The translations under genes were made by a program, and so were the position numbers. 64,000 bases of DNA from positions 544,001-608,000 of the forward strand of contig CALSNU010000001.1 of NCBI GenBank assembly GCA_943787795.1, given 5' to 3'. Source of the stretch: an uncultured bacterium. GTDB lineage: Bacteria; Planctomycetota; UBA1135; GCA-002686595. Within the stretch, counting starts at the first letter, position 1, and every line of letters starts with the position of its first letter. Positions 47,834-57,488 of this stretch are shown here, one piece after another. The notes under the pieces were generated by a model that saw nothing but the letters and a program-made list of their open reading frames with translations, did no database searches and was not told where the DNA came from.

Positions 47834-49156
47834 GTGGATTCCGACGCGGCAAGAAGCGTGCAGCCGAGGCCGAGGAGGCGAGGAGGAGCAGGGAGAAGAA
47901 CGAGGGCCGCGGCGCTGGACCCTTCGGTGACCCGTGAGGGGTTGCCGGGGCAGACCACCGCGGGGAGCTCGGAGACTCCGCTCGAGCGCTCCGGCGGGCC
48001 CTCTGGGCGCAGGTCCGGGGACGAGCGGATCGAGGGGCTCCTGCGCCGACACCAGGAGCAACGGGGGCTCGAGGCGCCTGAGTCCCTCCACAGAAGCAAC
48101 GGCGGGGCGGCCGCCCCGGCCTCGCCCGCTCCCTCGGGCGCTCCCGCCGAGGTTGTCCCGGTGGAACAGGCGGTGAAGACGTCCACCGAGGCAGACTCGG
48201 GCGCGGCGGAGCGAACACGAATCGTGGGTGCCGTTCTGCCGGCAGCTCCCGCGCCCAACGGAATCTCGGCCCCCGAGAACGTCACGAAGACCGCCCGAAA
48301 GCCGGCACTGGAGCCCGCCCCGGCAGAGCAGCGAGTCCGCCTTGTGGAGGGCCTGAAAGCCACCACTACGGCCCGGGTCGTGTGTATCGCGAGCGGGAAG
48401 GGGGGCACCGGGAAGAGCGTCATTGCCTCGAACCTCGCCCTGCTGCGTGCCCGCCAGGGCGAGCGTGTGCTCCTGATCGACTTCGACGCAGGGCTCGCCA
48501 ACGCGCACCTGCTCCTCGGGTTGGCGCCACCCCACGACGTGGGCCATGTCATGGAGGGGACGGTCTCCGCGCGAGAAGCCCTCGTGGAGGGACCCCACGG
48601 CCTGAAGCTCCTCGCCGGCGGCGTCGGGCGGCAGTCGCTGATCGATCCCACCCGGCGTGAACTCGACCGTCTCTTCAAGGCCCTCCGGCCCCTCGAGGAT
48701 GACTTCGACCTCATCGTGATCGACCATGGGGCTGGGCTCAGCTACAGCACCGTCGCCCACCTCGCTGCGGCGAGCACCCTGGTCCTGGTCACCAATCACG
48801 AGGTGACCGCGCTCTCGGATGGCTACGCCCTCTACAAGCGGGCCAAGCTGGTCAACCCCGAGATCCGGGTTGGGCTGGTGGTGAACCGGGCTCCAGACGA
48901 GCGCCTGGCGATGGACGCCTGGAATCGCTTCCGCGGCGCCTCCCACAAGTTCCTCGGGCACGCGCCTGAATTGATCGGGTGGGTACCGGCTGATCCGGTG
49001 ATCTCGCAGGCGGTGCAGCTCCGCAAGCCCGCCGTGCTCTCCTTCCCCGAGAGCGCCGCAGCCAAGGCTATCGGCAAGGTGGCCTCCTGGGCGCCGATGG
49101 ACCACGCCCGCACGACCACACCCTTCTACGTGAAGGCGCGCCGGGCCCTCCGCTAG
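47834..49156 (+). CDS. MinD/FleN(FlhG)-like ATPase with a low-complexity N-terminal extension
   Basis: Deviant Walker A 'ASGKGGTGKS','LIDFDAGLAN','IDHGAG','DGYA..K','VVNR'; start uncertain. Confidence 0.85.
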   Translation: MDSDAARSVQPRPRRRGGAGRRTRAAALDPSVTREGLPGQTTAGSSETPLERSGGPSGRRSGDERIEGLLRRHQEQRGLEAPESLHRSNGGAAAPASPAPSGAPAEVVPVEQAVKTSTEADSGAAERTRIVGAVLPAAPAPNGISAPENVTKTARKPALEPAPAEQRVRLVEGLKATTTARVVCIASGKGGTGKSVIASNLALLRARQGERVLLIDFDAGLANAHLLLGLAPPHDVGHVMEGTVSAREALVEGPHGLKLLAGGVGRQSLIDPTRRELDRLFKALRPLEDDFDLIVIDHGAGLSYSTVAHLAAASTLVLVTNHEVTALSDGYALYKRAKLVNPEIRVGLVVNRAPDERLAMDAWNRFRGASHKFLGHAPELIGWVPADPVISQAVQLRKPAVLSFPESAAAKAIGKVASWAPMDHARTTTPFYVKARRALR

Positions 49157-49289
49157 GGGTGGCGAACAGCGCCCATTTGGGGCATCCTCCGACCGGGCCG
49201 CGTGCGTCCCTGGGCCCCGCCCATCCCTCATTTCGAGGACCGCGGGATTCTCCCCGTGAAATCGCACGCCTTCGCCCACCGCTCCTCGG

Positions 49290-50231
49290 ATGATGGAGCC
49301 ATCCATGGAGGAAACGTACGCAGCCAGGGTCCCCGTATACGCCTTCGTCAACCAGAAGGGCGGCTGCGGCAAGACCACCACCGCGGTCCACCTCGCCGGG
49401 GCGCTCGCCGCCCGGGGTGAGCGTGTGCTGCTGGTGGACCTCGATCCCCAGGCTCACGCGACCATGGGCCTCGGCTGCTCCCCGGACCGCCCGACGGTGA
49501 CCGAGGTGCTCATGGGAGACGCCCTGCTCTCAGAGGCCGTCGCGCCGGCTCCGGGCGGGATCACCCTGCTCCCCGCCGAGCCTCGGCTGGCGGAGTTCGA
49601 GGAGATCAGCGGCCGCCTGATTCATCCGGAGCGCCGGCTCGCGCGGGCGCTGGACGAGGCGTATCGCGCGGGGGTCCGCTTTGACCACGTGCTCCTGGAT
49701 TGCTCACCGCGAGCTGACGGCGTCCTCTGCGCCAACGCCCTCTACGCCAGCAGCCACACCCTGCTCATCGTCGAGACCGGCGCCTTCGCTCTCCAGGGAG
49801 CGATCCAGGCGCTCAAGGTGCTCGACGAGGTCGCTGAGAATCAGGGGCGCGCCCCGGCGCTTCGTGTGGTGGGGACCATGTTTGATCGCCGGACGCGCTT
49901 CGCCCGCGAGCTTCTCGTCGCGCTCCACTCGCGCTTCGGCGACGCGCTCTTCGACACGGTCATCCGCACCAGCGTTCGCCTCCGCGAGGCTCCCGCCCTG
50001 GGCCTTCCGGTCCAGGAGCTTGACCCGACCTGCCGTGCAGCTGCTGACTTCGATGCTCTCGCGGAGGAGATCATGGCGCTCGAGGGTCCGGGTCAAATCC
50101 AATCGAAGGACCGGCCGCAGACCCCGCAATCCGCGCGCTCGGATCTCATGGAGTACGAACTCCGCCCGCTCTCACCGGAGCCGGCGCCCCCCGCGTCGCC
50201 AGCTGACCGTCCGTCCGCCCAACCTTCCTGA
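49290..50231 (+). CDS. ParA/Soj-family ATPase (no adjacent parB)
   Basis: 'NQKGGCGKTT','DLDPQ','LDCSP','TMFDRRT','IRTSVRLREAP..G.P'. Confidence 0.9.
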   Translation: MMEPSMEETYAARVPVYAFVNQKGGCGKTTTAVHLAGALAARGERVLLVDLDPQAHATMGLGCSPDRPTVTEVLMGDALLSEAVAPAPGGITLLPAEPRLAEFEEISGRLIHPERRLARALDEAYRAGVRFDHVLLDCSPRADGVLCANALYASSHTLLIVETGAFALQGAIQALKVLDEVAENQGRAPALRVVGTMFDRRTRFARELLVALHSRFGDALFDTVIRTSVRLREAPALGLPVQELDPTCRAAADFDALAEEIMALEGPGQIQSKDRPQTPQSARSDLMEYELRPLSPEPAPPASPADRPSAQPS

Positions 50232-50250
50232 CCTGTCGCACGTCGTACTG

Positions 50251-52794
50251 ATGGACGCCCTCGCCCTCCTTTGCACCCTCCACGCGGACGGTCCCAGCTC
50301 TCTGAAGCGTCTTCGCTCCAGGGGGTGCGCGGACCTCTCGACGCTGCTGTCGAGGACTCCGGATGCCGTCGCCGAGGATCTCTCGATCGAGCGTCCGGCT
50401 GCCCGTCGACTGATTCGCGAGGCGCGCCTGCTTGCCGACCGTGTCGGGATCAGCGCTCTCGAGGTGGAGGAGGCTCCGCCGACCGCCGAGGCGCCGGCGC
50501 CGGCCCGCGCCCTCATCCAGGATTCTTCCCAGCAGCCCGCGAGCGCCGGCGGACTCGACTCAGTGGATCGAGCCCTGGTCGAGCGCATCACGCGCCCCGC
50601 GCCGACGCGTCCCGGGGATCCGAGCTCCCAGCCTGAGGAACCCGGAGATCTCCAGGGCCCGGCTGCGGCTCCGGCTGCGGCTCCGGCTCCGGCTGAGGGC
50701 TCGGCTGAGGGCTCGGCTGAGGGCTCGGCTGAGAGCATGGCTGGGAGCTCGAGCGAGAGCCCGGCCGAGGGGCCGACGGCAGACGCCGGTGTTTCTGCCT
50801 CTCTGCCCGATTGGCTGGAGGGGCCTGCGGTGCCCCACGCAGACGATCCGTTCAGCGTCCCTGGCGCCGACTTTGGCCCGGCGGTCTTCGGATCCGAAGG
50901 TGTCCCGGCCGCTGTGGACCCGGCCGCTGTGGACCCGGCCGCTGTGGATCCAGCCGCTGTGGCATCTGCCGCGCCGGCCGGATCGGCGGTGGGCCAGAGC
51001 GAGGGTGACTCCTCCGAGGAGCCAGCCGCGGAGGTGACGTTCGAGGAGGCCCCGGGGGAATTCGCGACGGCTGAGGCGGTAGGTTCGGAGGCGAACGACG
51101 CGATCTTGGAGGACCAGGATGTCCCGCTGGAAGAAGCGGGTCCTCTGGTGCCCGCGCTGGAGCCGTTGGCCCAGGGGCTCCTCCCCGGCGTGGCGGCGCT
51201 CTCGTCCGATGAGATCGCCGAGGCGCTCGACCGCGCGCTCCCGTACACCGACCTCGACCAAGCGCCGGCAGCAGCCTCGCCGGCGCCCCGGGACACGGCG
51301 GAGCCACGGGTCTTCGGGGCCTCCGTGTTCGGAGCGTCGGTCTTCGAGGATGCCGAGTCCGAGGAGGCCGCCCCTGAAGGAGGGGCCTGCGAGCAACCGG
51401 TCACGGGCGGAGCGCCTGATGGCTCCGTCGAGGTGAGCAGGGCCGATCTTGCGGCGGACTCCATTGCGGAGTCCGCACCTGAGCCCGCTGCTGAATTGAC
51501 TGCTGAGTCCGCCGCTGAGATCGCTGCCGGGCCCGCTCCCGAAGGCACCGGCGATCATCGGGAAGTCGAGGATCACGTGGTTCATCCGTGGGCTGCCGAC
51601 TTGGAGTCGGTCGAGCCAGGCCGTGACGCGCAGCAGACGCCGCCGACGACGTGGGCCGACGTCTCCAGTCCGGAACTTGCCGACGTTGAGAAGGACGCAC
51701 CCGTCCCGATTCCTGCGATCGCCGAGGAGGTCTCGGCGGCCTCCACGGCGGCGCTGCCGGGGATGGACGAGGCGTTGATTGAAGACATGGAGCGCCTCGG
51801 CATCTGCTCATTCGCGGACCTGAGCACAGCTGAGAGCCTCGCGCTCACCCGCGGGCTCGGCGTGACCTTCGCGCAGGCTCGCCGGCTCCGTTTCCTCGCG
51901 AGGCGCGCCGAGGCCGAGGGCGAAGCCTGGCCAGTGATCTCGTCTCCCTCGACTGCCGCCCTGGAGTCCGCCGCGGATCAACCCGAAGAGGTTGCTGCGC
52001 CGCAACTGGAACAGGCGGGCACGGAGCCTGAGGCCTCGACGGTTCCGGTCCCCGAGACCCCAGTGTTGGAGACCCCAGCGGGGGAGGTTTCATCGGTCGA
52101 GATTCCAGAGGCCGGGACTTCAGTGGCCGAGGTCCCTGTAGCTGAGGTCCCTCTAGCCGAGGTCCCTGTCGCCGAGACGCTGGACCCAGAGCCGGCGCCC
52201 TTCGCCGCCGACATCTTCGACGACGAGCCTCGAGGCGAGGGCGCCCCGGCGCTTGAACTGGACGTGGTCGGGGACCCCCTCGAGGACCTGCCGCATCTCG
52301 TCCTCGATGCTCCCCAGAGCCGCCCGTTTGCGGCGGAGATCAACGAGCAGGAGGAGGTCGCCGAGGTGCCCAAGCCCGAGCGTGAGCCCGAGCCCGAGTC
52401 CCAGGTGGAAGCGGATCTCGAGGTCGCTCGCGAGCCGGAGTCCGCCAGTCCCCGCGAGGCCGCCCACCTCGACGGCGCGCCGTCTTTCGTGGACCAGCCC
52501 ACCCCGGTGGCGGAGCTGGAGCAGCAGGGGGTGCGGGTCGATCCCTCGGAGGTGCAGGCGCGCCCCCGCTTCGGGGACCAGTTTGCTCGCGCGGCCCAGG
52601 CGCGGCGCGCATCGTCGAAGCCGGGGAAGACCGTCCTCGGCTGGAACTTCGAGATTCCCCGCCCAGGCCCAGAGACGCTCCCGCTGGCTTCGATCACGGC
52701 CAACCTGTCTGCGGACCCCGAGAAGGTCGACGGGGCGGACGGTGGGTCCGCGCCGGGGGACGCCGACTCGGGTGGCCCCTTCGCCGACGCCTGA
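50251..52794 (+). CDS. Large acidic Ala/Pro/Glu-rich disordered protein with two helix-hairpin-helix-like domains
   Basis: ATG at 50251; 'LHADGPSSLKRLRSRGCADLSTL...ARRLIREAR' and 'LPGMDEALIEDMERLGICSFADL...ARRLRFLAR' resemble RadA-N/NusA-C HhH modules. Confidence 0.75.
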   Translation: MDALALLCTLHADGPSSLKRLRSRGCADLSTLLSRTPDAVAEDLSIERPAARRLIREARLLADRVGISALEVEEAPPTAEAPAPARALIQDSSQQPASAGGLDSVDRALVERITRPAPTRPGDPSSQPEEPGDLQGPAAAPAAAPAPAEGSAEGSAEGSAESMAGSSSESPAEGPTADAGVSASLPDWLEGPAVPHADDPFSVPGADFGPAVFGSEGVPAAVDPAAVDPAAVDPAAVASAAPAGSAVGQSEGDSSEEPAAEVTFEEAPGEFATAEAVGSEANDAILEDQDVPLEEAGPLVPALEPLAQGLLPGVAALSSDEIAEALDRALPYTDLDQAPAAASPAPRDTAEPRVFGASVFGASVFEDAESEEAAPEGGACEQPVTGGAPDGSVEVSRADLAADSIAESAPEPAAELTAESAAEIAAGPAPEGTGDHREVEDHVVHPWAADLESVEPGRDAQQTPPTTWADVSSPELADVEKDAPVPIPAIAEEVSAASTAALPGMDEALIEDMERLGICSFADLSTAESLALTRGLGVTFAQARRLRFLARRAEAEGEAWPVISSPSTAALESAADQPEEVAAPQLEQAGTEPEASTVPVPETPVLETPAGEVSSVEIPEAGTSVAEVPVAEVPLAEVPVAETLDPEPAPFAADIFDDEPRGEGAPALELDVVGDPLEDLPHLVLDAPQSRPFAAEINEQEEVAEVPKPEREPEPESQVEADLEVAREPESASPREAAHLDGAPSFVDQPTPVAELEQQGVRVDPSEVQARPRFGDQFARAAQARRASSKPGKTVLGWNFEIPRPGPETLPLASITANLSADPEKVDGADGGSAPGDADSGGPFADA
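50659..50961 (+). repeat. Coding tandem repeats (12-bp SAEG/PAAA units; 15-bp PAAVD units)
   Basis: ggctgagggctc about x3-4; ccggccgctgtggac x3. Confidence 0.75.
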
Positions 52795-52857
52795 GTCCGC
52801 CTCTCAGCGCGTATACTCCTGGGCCTCCGCGGTCCCTCCTTACCGCGGAAGCCCTCG

Positions 52858-54102
52858 ATGAACAGCCTCATCAGCGAATCCCGCGGTCGGCCCGGTGACG
52901 ACCCCATCTTCACCATCAACGCCGCGGCGAACGCCCGTCGGGCGCAGGGCGAGCTCGTCATCAACGCGAGCCTCGGGGCCCTGCTCGACGACGATGGCGG
53001 CCTCTCCGTGATGCCCACGGTCTTCGAGGCCTTCCAGGCGGTCCCCGCCCAGCAGGCTGCCGCGTACGCTCCGATCGCGGGGGACCCTCCGTTCCTCGAG
53101 GCCGTGCGTCGCGACGCCTTCGGAGACGGCCCGATGTTCGAGAACTCCGTCGCAGCAGCGACGCCGGGTGGCACCGGCGCGCTCCTCAACGCGATGATGA
53201 ACTTCCTCGAGCCCGGGCAGTCGCTCTACACGTCCAGCTACTACTGGAGCCCGTATCGGATCATCGCGGGTCACAACCGTCGGGGGGTTGAGACCTTCCC
53301 GATGTTCGACGGAGCGGGAGCCTTCAATCTGGAGGCCTTCGAGGAGGGGCTCGTCGCGCAGCTGAGCCGCCAGGGCCGAGCCCTCGTGATCCTCAACTTC
53401 CCGTGCCACAACCCGACGGGGTACACCCTCGATGAGGAGGAGTGGCGAGGCGTCGCTGCGGCCCTCGGACGGGCGTCAGAGCATGGCGCCGTGGCGCTGG
53501 TGGTCGACCTCGCCTACGCCGCCTTCGGGACCCAGTCGCCCTCGGTCTGGGTTGACGCCATGGAGACGGTGTGTGACCGCGTGGCCGTGCTCGCCGCGTG
53601 GACAGCCTCCAAGTCGTTCGCCCAGTACGGTGCACGCGTTGGAGCGCTCATCGCCTCGATCCCCGACCCCGACCATCGAACGGACGTCGCGAACGCCATC
53701 TCCTACACCTGCCGGGGCTCGTGGTCCAACTGCAACCACCTGGGGCTGCTGGCGGTCAGCGACCTCCTGACCGATGACGGCCTGCGGGCCAGGGTCGAAG
53801 GGGAGCGGAGGGCGCTCGTGGGCCAGCTGTCCGAACGAGTGAACGCCTTCAACACCGCCGCGAAGGCTCGCGGCCTGAACTACCCGCGCTACGAGGGCGG
53901 CTTCTTCGTCTCCGTCTTCACCCCTGATGCAGCCGAGACCGCCAGGGTCGCCGCTGACGATGGGGTCTACGTGGTTCCCATGGACGGCGCAGTCCGGCTC
54001 GCCCTGTGCGCCGTCTCCTGCGCGGACGTCCCGCGCCTGGTCGAAGCGGTGGCGCGTGGAGTCGATGCGGCAAACCACTCCAAGGACACGGCCCATGCCT
54101 GA
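52858..54102 (+). CDS. PLP-dependent aminotransferase class I/II (aspartate aminotransferase-like)
   Basis: 'TPGGTGAL','P.HNPTGY','D.AY','SKSF..YG.R.G'. Confidence 0.88.
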   Translation: MNSLISESRGRPGDDPIFTINAAANARRAQGELVINASLGALLDDDGGLSVMPTVFEAFQAVPAQQAAAYAPIAGDPPFLEAVRRDAFGDGPMFENSVAAATPGGTGALLNAMMNFLEPGQSLYTSSYYWSPYRIIAGHNRRGVETFPMFDGAGAFNLEAFEEGLVAQLSRQGRALVILNFPCHNPTGYTLDEEEWRGVAAALGRASEHGAVALVVDLAYAAFGTQSPSVWVDAMETVCDRVAVLAAWTASKSFAQYGARVGALIASIPDPDHRTDVANAISYTCRGSWSNCNHLGLLAVSDLLTDDGLRARVEGERRALVGQLSERVNAFNTAAKARGLNYPRYEGGFFVSVFTPDAAETARVAADDGVYVVPMDGAVRLALCAVSCADVPRLVEAVARGVDAANHSKDTAHA

Positions 54103-54937
54103 CACGATGACCCAGAGCGAGCAGGGCAGAACTCCGGAGGATCTACGCCTCCAGGAGTCCATTGGCGTGGAGCACGGCTACGGGCCTCGCGTCCACATTC
54201 TCGAGGATGCCTGGACGGCCGCCGCCACGGCGAAGATCAGCTCTCCTGATTGCACGCACACCGAGCTGGTCCAGGCCGTCCGTGCCCTGACGGCCCGCCT
54301 CGCCACCGCGGCCTTCGGGCGCGAGCTCCCGACTGAGCGTCGGGCTGTGACCACCCGCATGGCCGAGAAGCACGGGGCGCTCGGGACGTGGCAGGGTGAC
54401 GCTCTCGATCCAGCGGCCGAGATCATCGTCCTCGACGTCATACGCGGCGGCATCATCCCGTCCCAGACCTGCTTCGAGCTGCTCAGTCTGGTGCACCCGA
54501 TCGAGCGCCTGCGGCTTGACCACCTCAACATGCAGCGGGTGGCAGGGGACGACGGTCGGGTGGATCGGGTCGAGCTCACCGGCAGCAAGGTCGGCGGATC
54601 CATCGAGGGCTCGACCCTCGTTATCCCGGATCCCATGGGGGCGACCGGTGGGACCATTCTCCGCGCCCTCGATCACCTGAGGGCGTCCCATGGGATGCCG
54701 TCGAGACTCATTCTCATCCCGCTCATCTGCACCCCTGAGTTCCTGAACGCGGTGCTGGCGATGGATGTGGACCTCTCGGTCTACACGGCCCGCGTGGATC
54801 GCGGCATGTCGACGCCCGAGGTCCTGGCCTCCCCGCTGGGGGCTCGCTGGGCAGAGGAGCGGGGTCTGGACGATGAGGACTACATCGTTCCCGGCGCTGG
54901 CGGGGTCGGCGAAGTCCTGAACCACTCGTGGGCCTGA
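54095..54937 (+). CDS. Uracil phosphoribosyltransferase-like protein (divergent)
   Basis: 'IRGG', PRPP loop 'IPDPMGATGGT', C-terminal 'L....YIVPG.G..GE'. Confidence 0.75.
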   Translation: MPDTMTQSEQGRTPEDLRLQESIGVEHGYGPRVHILEDAWTAAATAKISSPDCTHTELVQAVRALTARLATAAFGRELPTERRAVTTRMAEKHGALGTWQGDALDPAAEIIVLDVIRGGIIPSQTCFELLSLVHPIERLRLDHLNMQRVAGDDGRVDRVELTGSKVGGSIEGSTLVIPDPMGATGGTILRALDHLRASHGMPSRLILIPLICTPEFLNAVLAMDVDLSVYTARVDRGMSTPEVLASPLGARWAEERGLDDEDYIVPGAGGVGEVLNHSWA

Positions 54938-55047
54938 GACCAGGGCCTTCTCACAGCGGCTCCGTACCGCTAGGCTTCCCGCGTCCAACGGGATCCGCGG
55001 AACGAAAACGCTCCCGAACCACCCGAACCAGCTAACAGGAGAGATCA

Positions 55048-55380
55048 ATGGCTTACGTCGTCGCCGAACCGTGCGTGAAGTGCAAGTACACCGACTGTGT
55101 CGACGTGTGCCCCGTCGACTGCTTCACGGAGGGCGAGAACTTCCTCGCTATCAACCCCGATGAGTGCATCGATTGTGGCGCCTGCGTCCCCGAGTGCCCG
55201 ACGGAGGCCATCTTCGAGGAGACCGAGGTCCCCGAGAAGTGGGCCGAGTACGTCGACCTGAACGCCAAGCTCGCGGGCTCCTGGCCCTCGATCACCGAGA
55301 AGAAGGACGCGCTGCCGGAAGCAGACGAGTTCAAGGACGTCGAGGAGAAGCGCGAGCTCCTCTCTGAATCGCCCGCCTGA
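55048..55380 (+). CDS. fdxA: 7Fe ferredoxin (FdxA type)
   Basis: '[16 protein letters not shown]','CIDCG.C.PECP..AI'; AGGAGA RBS upstream. Confidence 0.95.
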   Translation: MAYVVAEPCVKCKYTDCVDVCPVDCFTEGENFLAINPDECIDCGACVPECPTEAIFEETEVPEKWAEYVDLNAKLAGSWPSITEKKDALPEADEFKDVEEKRELLSESPA

Positions 55381-55405
55381 TCACCGCCCGACCGGTGTCC
55401 GGAAC

Positions 55406-55447
55406 AACAGGCCGGCGTCTCGTCCATGGACGGGGCGCCGGCCTGTT
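55406..55447 (+). terminator. Probable intrinsic terminator after fdxA
   Basis: AACAGGCCGGCGTCTCGTCC-AT-GGACGGGGCGCCGGCCTGTT long inverted repeat ending in TGTTT. Confidence 0.7.
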
Positions 55448-55726
55448 TCATGGGTTCTTCGAGCCTGCTGAAACTCGGCTGAAGGAGCTCGCCGCACGGG
55501 TCGGCCGTACGGGTCGGCCGGGCGGGTCGGCCGGGCGGGCGACGGGTCAGCTAGGCGGGCCAGCCTGGGAGATCCACCGGGGAGACCTGCCCGGAAGGCC
55601 AGCCGGCGAGGTCTGCCGGAAGGCCAGCCAGCGAGGCCAGCCGGCGAGGGTCAGCCGGCGGGGTCAGCTGGGAGTCGCAGCACGGGCGAGCCCCTCCGGG
55701 ATGTCGCCAGGAAGGCTGCCGATGCG

Positions 55727-57472
55727 TCAGCCCGCAGAGGCGCCGCTGGTCTCTCCCCAGAGCTCCGAGAGGATCGCGCTCGACCGTTCGGCCACGGCGC
55801 GGACGACCTCCGGATCGAAGGGGTCGCCCAGGCCCGCGTCCCTCACCAGGGTGCGGAAGCTCTTCGATCCGCCGGTCTCGCACAGCCTCTGGTAGGCGCT
55901 CCACGCTGCGGCAGCATCGCGGAGCGAGAGCTCCATGAGCTGCAGGGCGACCAGCTCGGCGAGGACGTAGTCGATGTAGTAGAAGGGGTACTGGTAGACG
56001 TGCAGCTGGGCCTGCCAGGCGGCGCCGTCCTTTCCGTGGGGGATGTCCCCCCAGTCGCGCCAGGGGAGGTAGCGCCGTTCGACCTCGGCCCACATCGCGT
56101 GCCGCTTCAGCGCCGGCGCCTCAGGCTCTTCATACACGCGGTGCTGGAAGTGATCGATCGCGCATCCGTACGGCAGGAAGGCGATCTGCTGGGCGAGATG
56201 TTCGGCCCGGAATCGGGGAGCAGCCTCCCCGAAGAAGAGCTCCATCCAGGGCCATGAGAGGAACTCGAGGGACATGGAGTGGATCTCGGCGGTCTCGGAC
56301 GTGCACCGCCGCTGGTCGCCGAGTTCGAGAGCTCGGTGGCTGCTGAATCCCTGGTAGGCGTGCCCCATCTCGTGGGTGAACACCCGGGCGTCGCCGGCCG
56401 TCCCGTTGAAGTTGGCGAAGATGAACGGCATGCCCAGGGACGGAAGGAAGGAGCAGAAGCCACCGGCCCCCTTGCCCTCGCGCGCGGCCAGGTCGAGCAG
56501 GCCGTCGGCGCGCATCCGGTCGAAGAGCTCGCCGAGGTGCGTGCCCGCCGTGCGGTCCACGTCGCGGAACATCTCCGCGGCCCGGTCCTCCATCCAGGGC
56601 GCGTCGCCCCCAGGTGTGGGCGACTCCCCGGGCCCCTGAACCCCCTCGTCGAAGATCGAGAGGCCCTCGAGGCCCAGGGACTCTGCTTGCCTGGAGCGGA
56701 TCGTCTCGACGAGCGGGACGACGTGCTGCTCGACCGCGGACCGGAAGCGGGCGACCTCGGCGGGCCCGTAGTCCGTGCGGCGCATCCGGTCATAGGCGAG
56801 CTCGGTGAAGGACCCCAGGCCGAGCTTGTTGGCGATCCCGTGGCGGACCCTGACGAGGTCGTCGAACTGCCCGTCCAGGGCTTCGCGGTGCTCTGCGAAC
56901 CAGCCCCAGCGCGCGGCGGCGGCGGCGCGGCGCGTCTCGCGGTCGGGGCTCGTCAGGAAGGCCGCCACGGCGGGCAGCGTCCGAGACTCGCCCTGGAACT
57001 CGACCCGCGCCCCTCCGGTGAGGGCCATCGCATCGCTCTGGAGGCGCTGCTCTTCGGCGAGCTCGTCGCCGATCACGGGGTCGAAGCTCCTGAGTTCACA
57101 GGACCAGCGCTCCAGGACGGCCTCACCGAAGCGGGCGGCGAGCGCTGCGGTGAGGGTCGAGTCCAGCGCAGCGAGGGCCGCGAGGAACACCCGCCGTGTC
57201 TCCGCCAGTGCCGCGGCCGAGGCGTCGAGCCGGGCCTTCGCTTCGCGCGCCACCGCATCGCCCGTGTCCTGCCGGAAGCGGATCGACTGCGATGCGCTCC
57301 AGGTTTGCTGCGCGGCCATGGTCCCGTCCCAGTCGAGGACGGCCTGGATGGCCTCCCCAGGTGTGACGGACGAGCCGAGGCGCTCGGAGGCCGCCTGTGC
57401 CAGCCGCAGAGACTCGTCGAGGTCGAAGGGGGTCCCCGCGAGGGGGAGGGTCGAGTCGGGAGCCTTGGTCAT
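55727..57472 (-). CDS. M3 family oligoendopeptidase (PepF-like)
   Basis: 'GK..GGFC','PFIFANFNGT..D...FTHEMGHA.Q','E.AEIHSM..E','YPFYYIDY'. Confidence 0.92.
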   Translation of the reverse strand: MTKAPDSTLPLAGTPFDLDESLRLAQAASERLGSSVTPGEAIQAVLDWDGTMAAQQTWSASQSIRFRQDTGDAVAREAKARLDASAAALAETRRVFLAALAALDSTLTAALAARFGEAVLERWSCELRSFDPVIGDELAEEQRLQSDAMALTGGARVEFQGESRTLPAVAAFLTSPDRETRRAAAAARWGWFAEHREALDGQFDDLVRVRHGIANKLGLGSFTELAYDRMRRTDYGPAEVARFRSAVEQHVVPLVETIRSRQAESLGLEGLSIFDEGVQGPGESPTPGGDAPWMEDRAAEMFRDVDRTAGTHLGELFDRMRADGLLDLAAREGKGAGGFCSFLPSLGMPFIFANFNGTAGDARVFTHEMGHAYQGFSSHRALELGDQRRCTSETAEIHSMSLEFLSWPWMELFFGEAAPRFRAEHLAQQIAFLPYGCAIDHFQHRVYEEPEAPALKRHAMWAEVERRYLPWRDWGDIPHGKDGAAWQAQLHVYQYPFYYIDYVLAELVALQLMELSLRDAAAAWSAYQRLCETGGSKSFRTLVRDAGLGDPFDPEVVRAVAERSSAILSELWGETSGASAG

Positions 57473-57488
57473 AGGTGGTCGGGTCGGA

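Noticed and set aside
49681..50250. N-terminal 190 aa of the 1037-aa ORF
   Set aside because: Overlaps the parA gene in another frame. The plausible start is ATG 50251, just after the parA stop.
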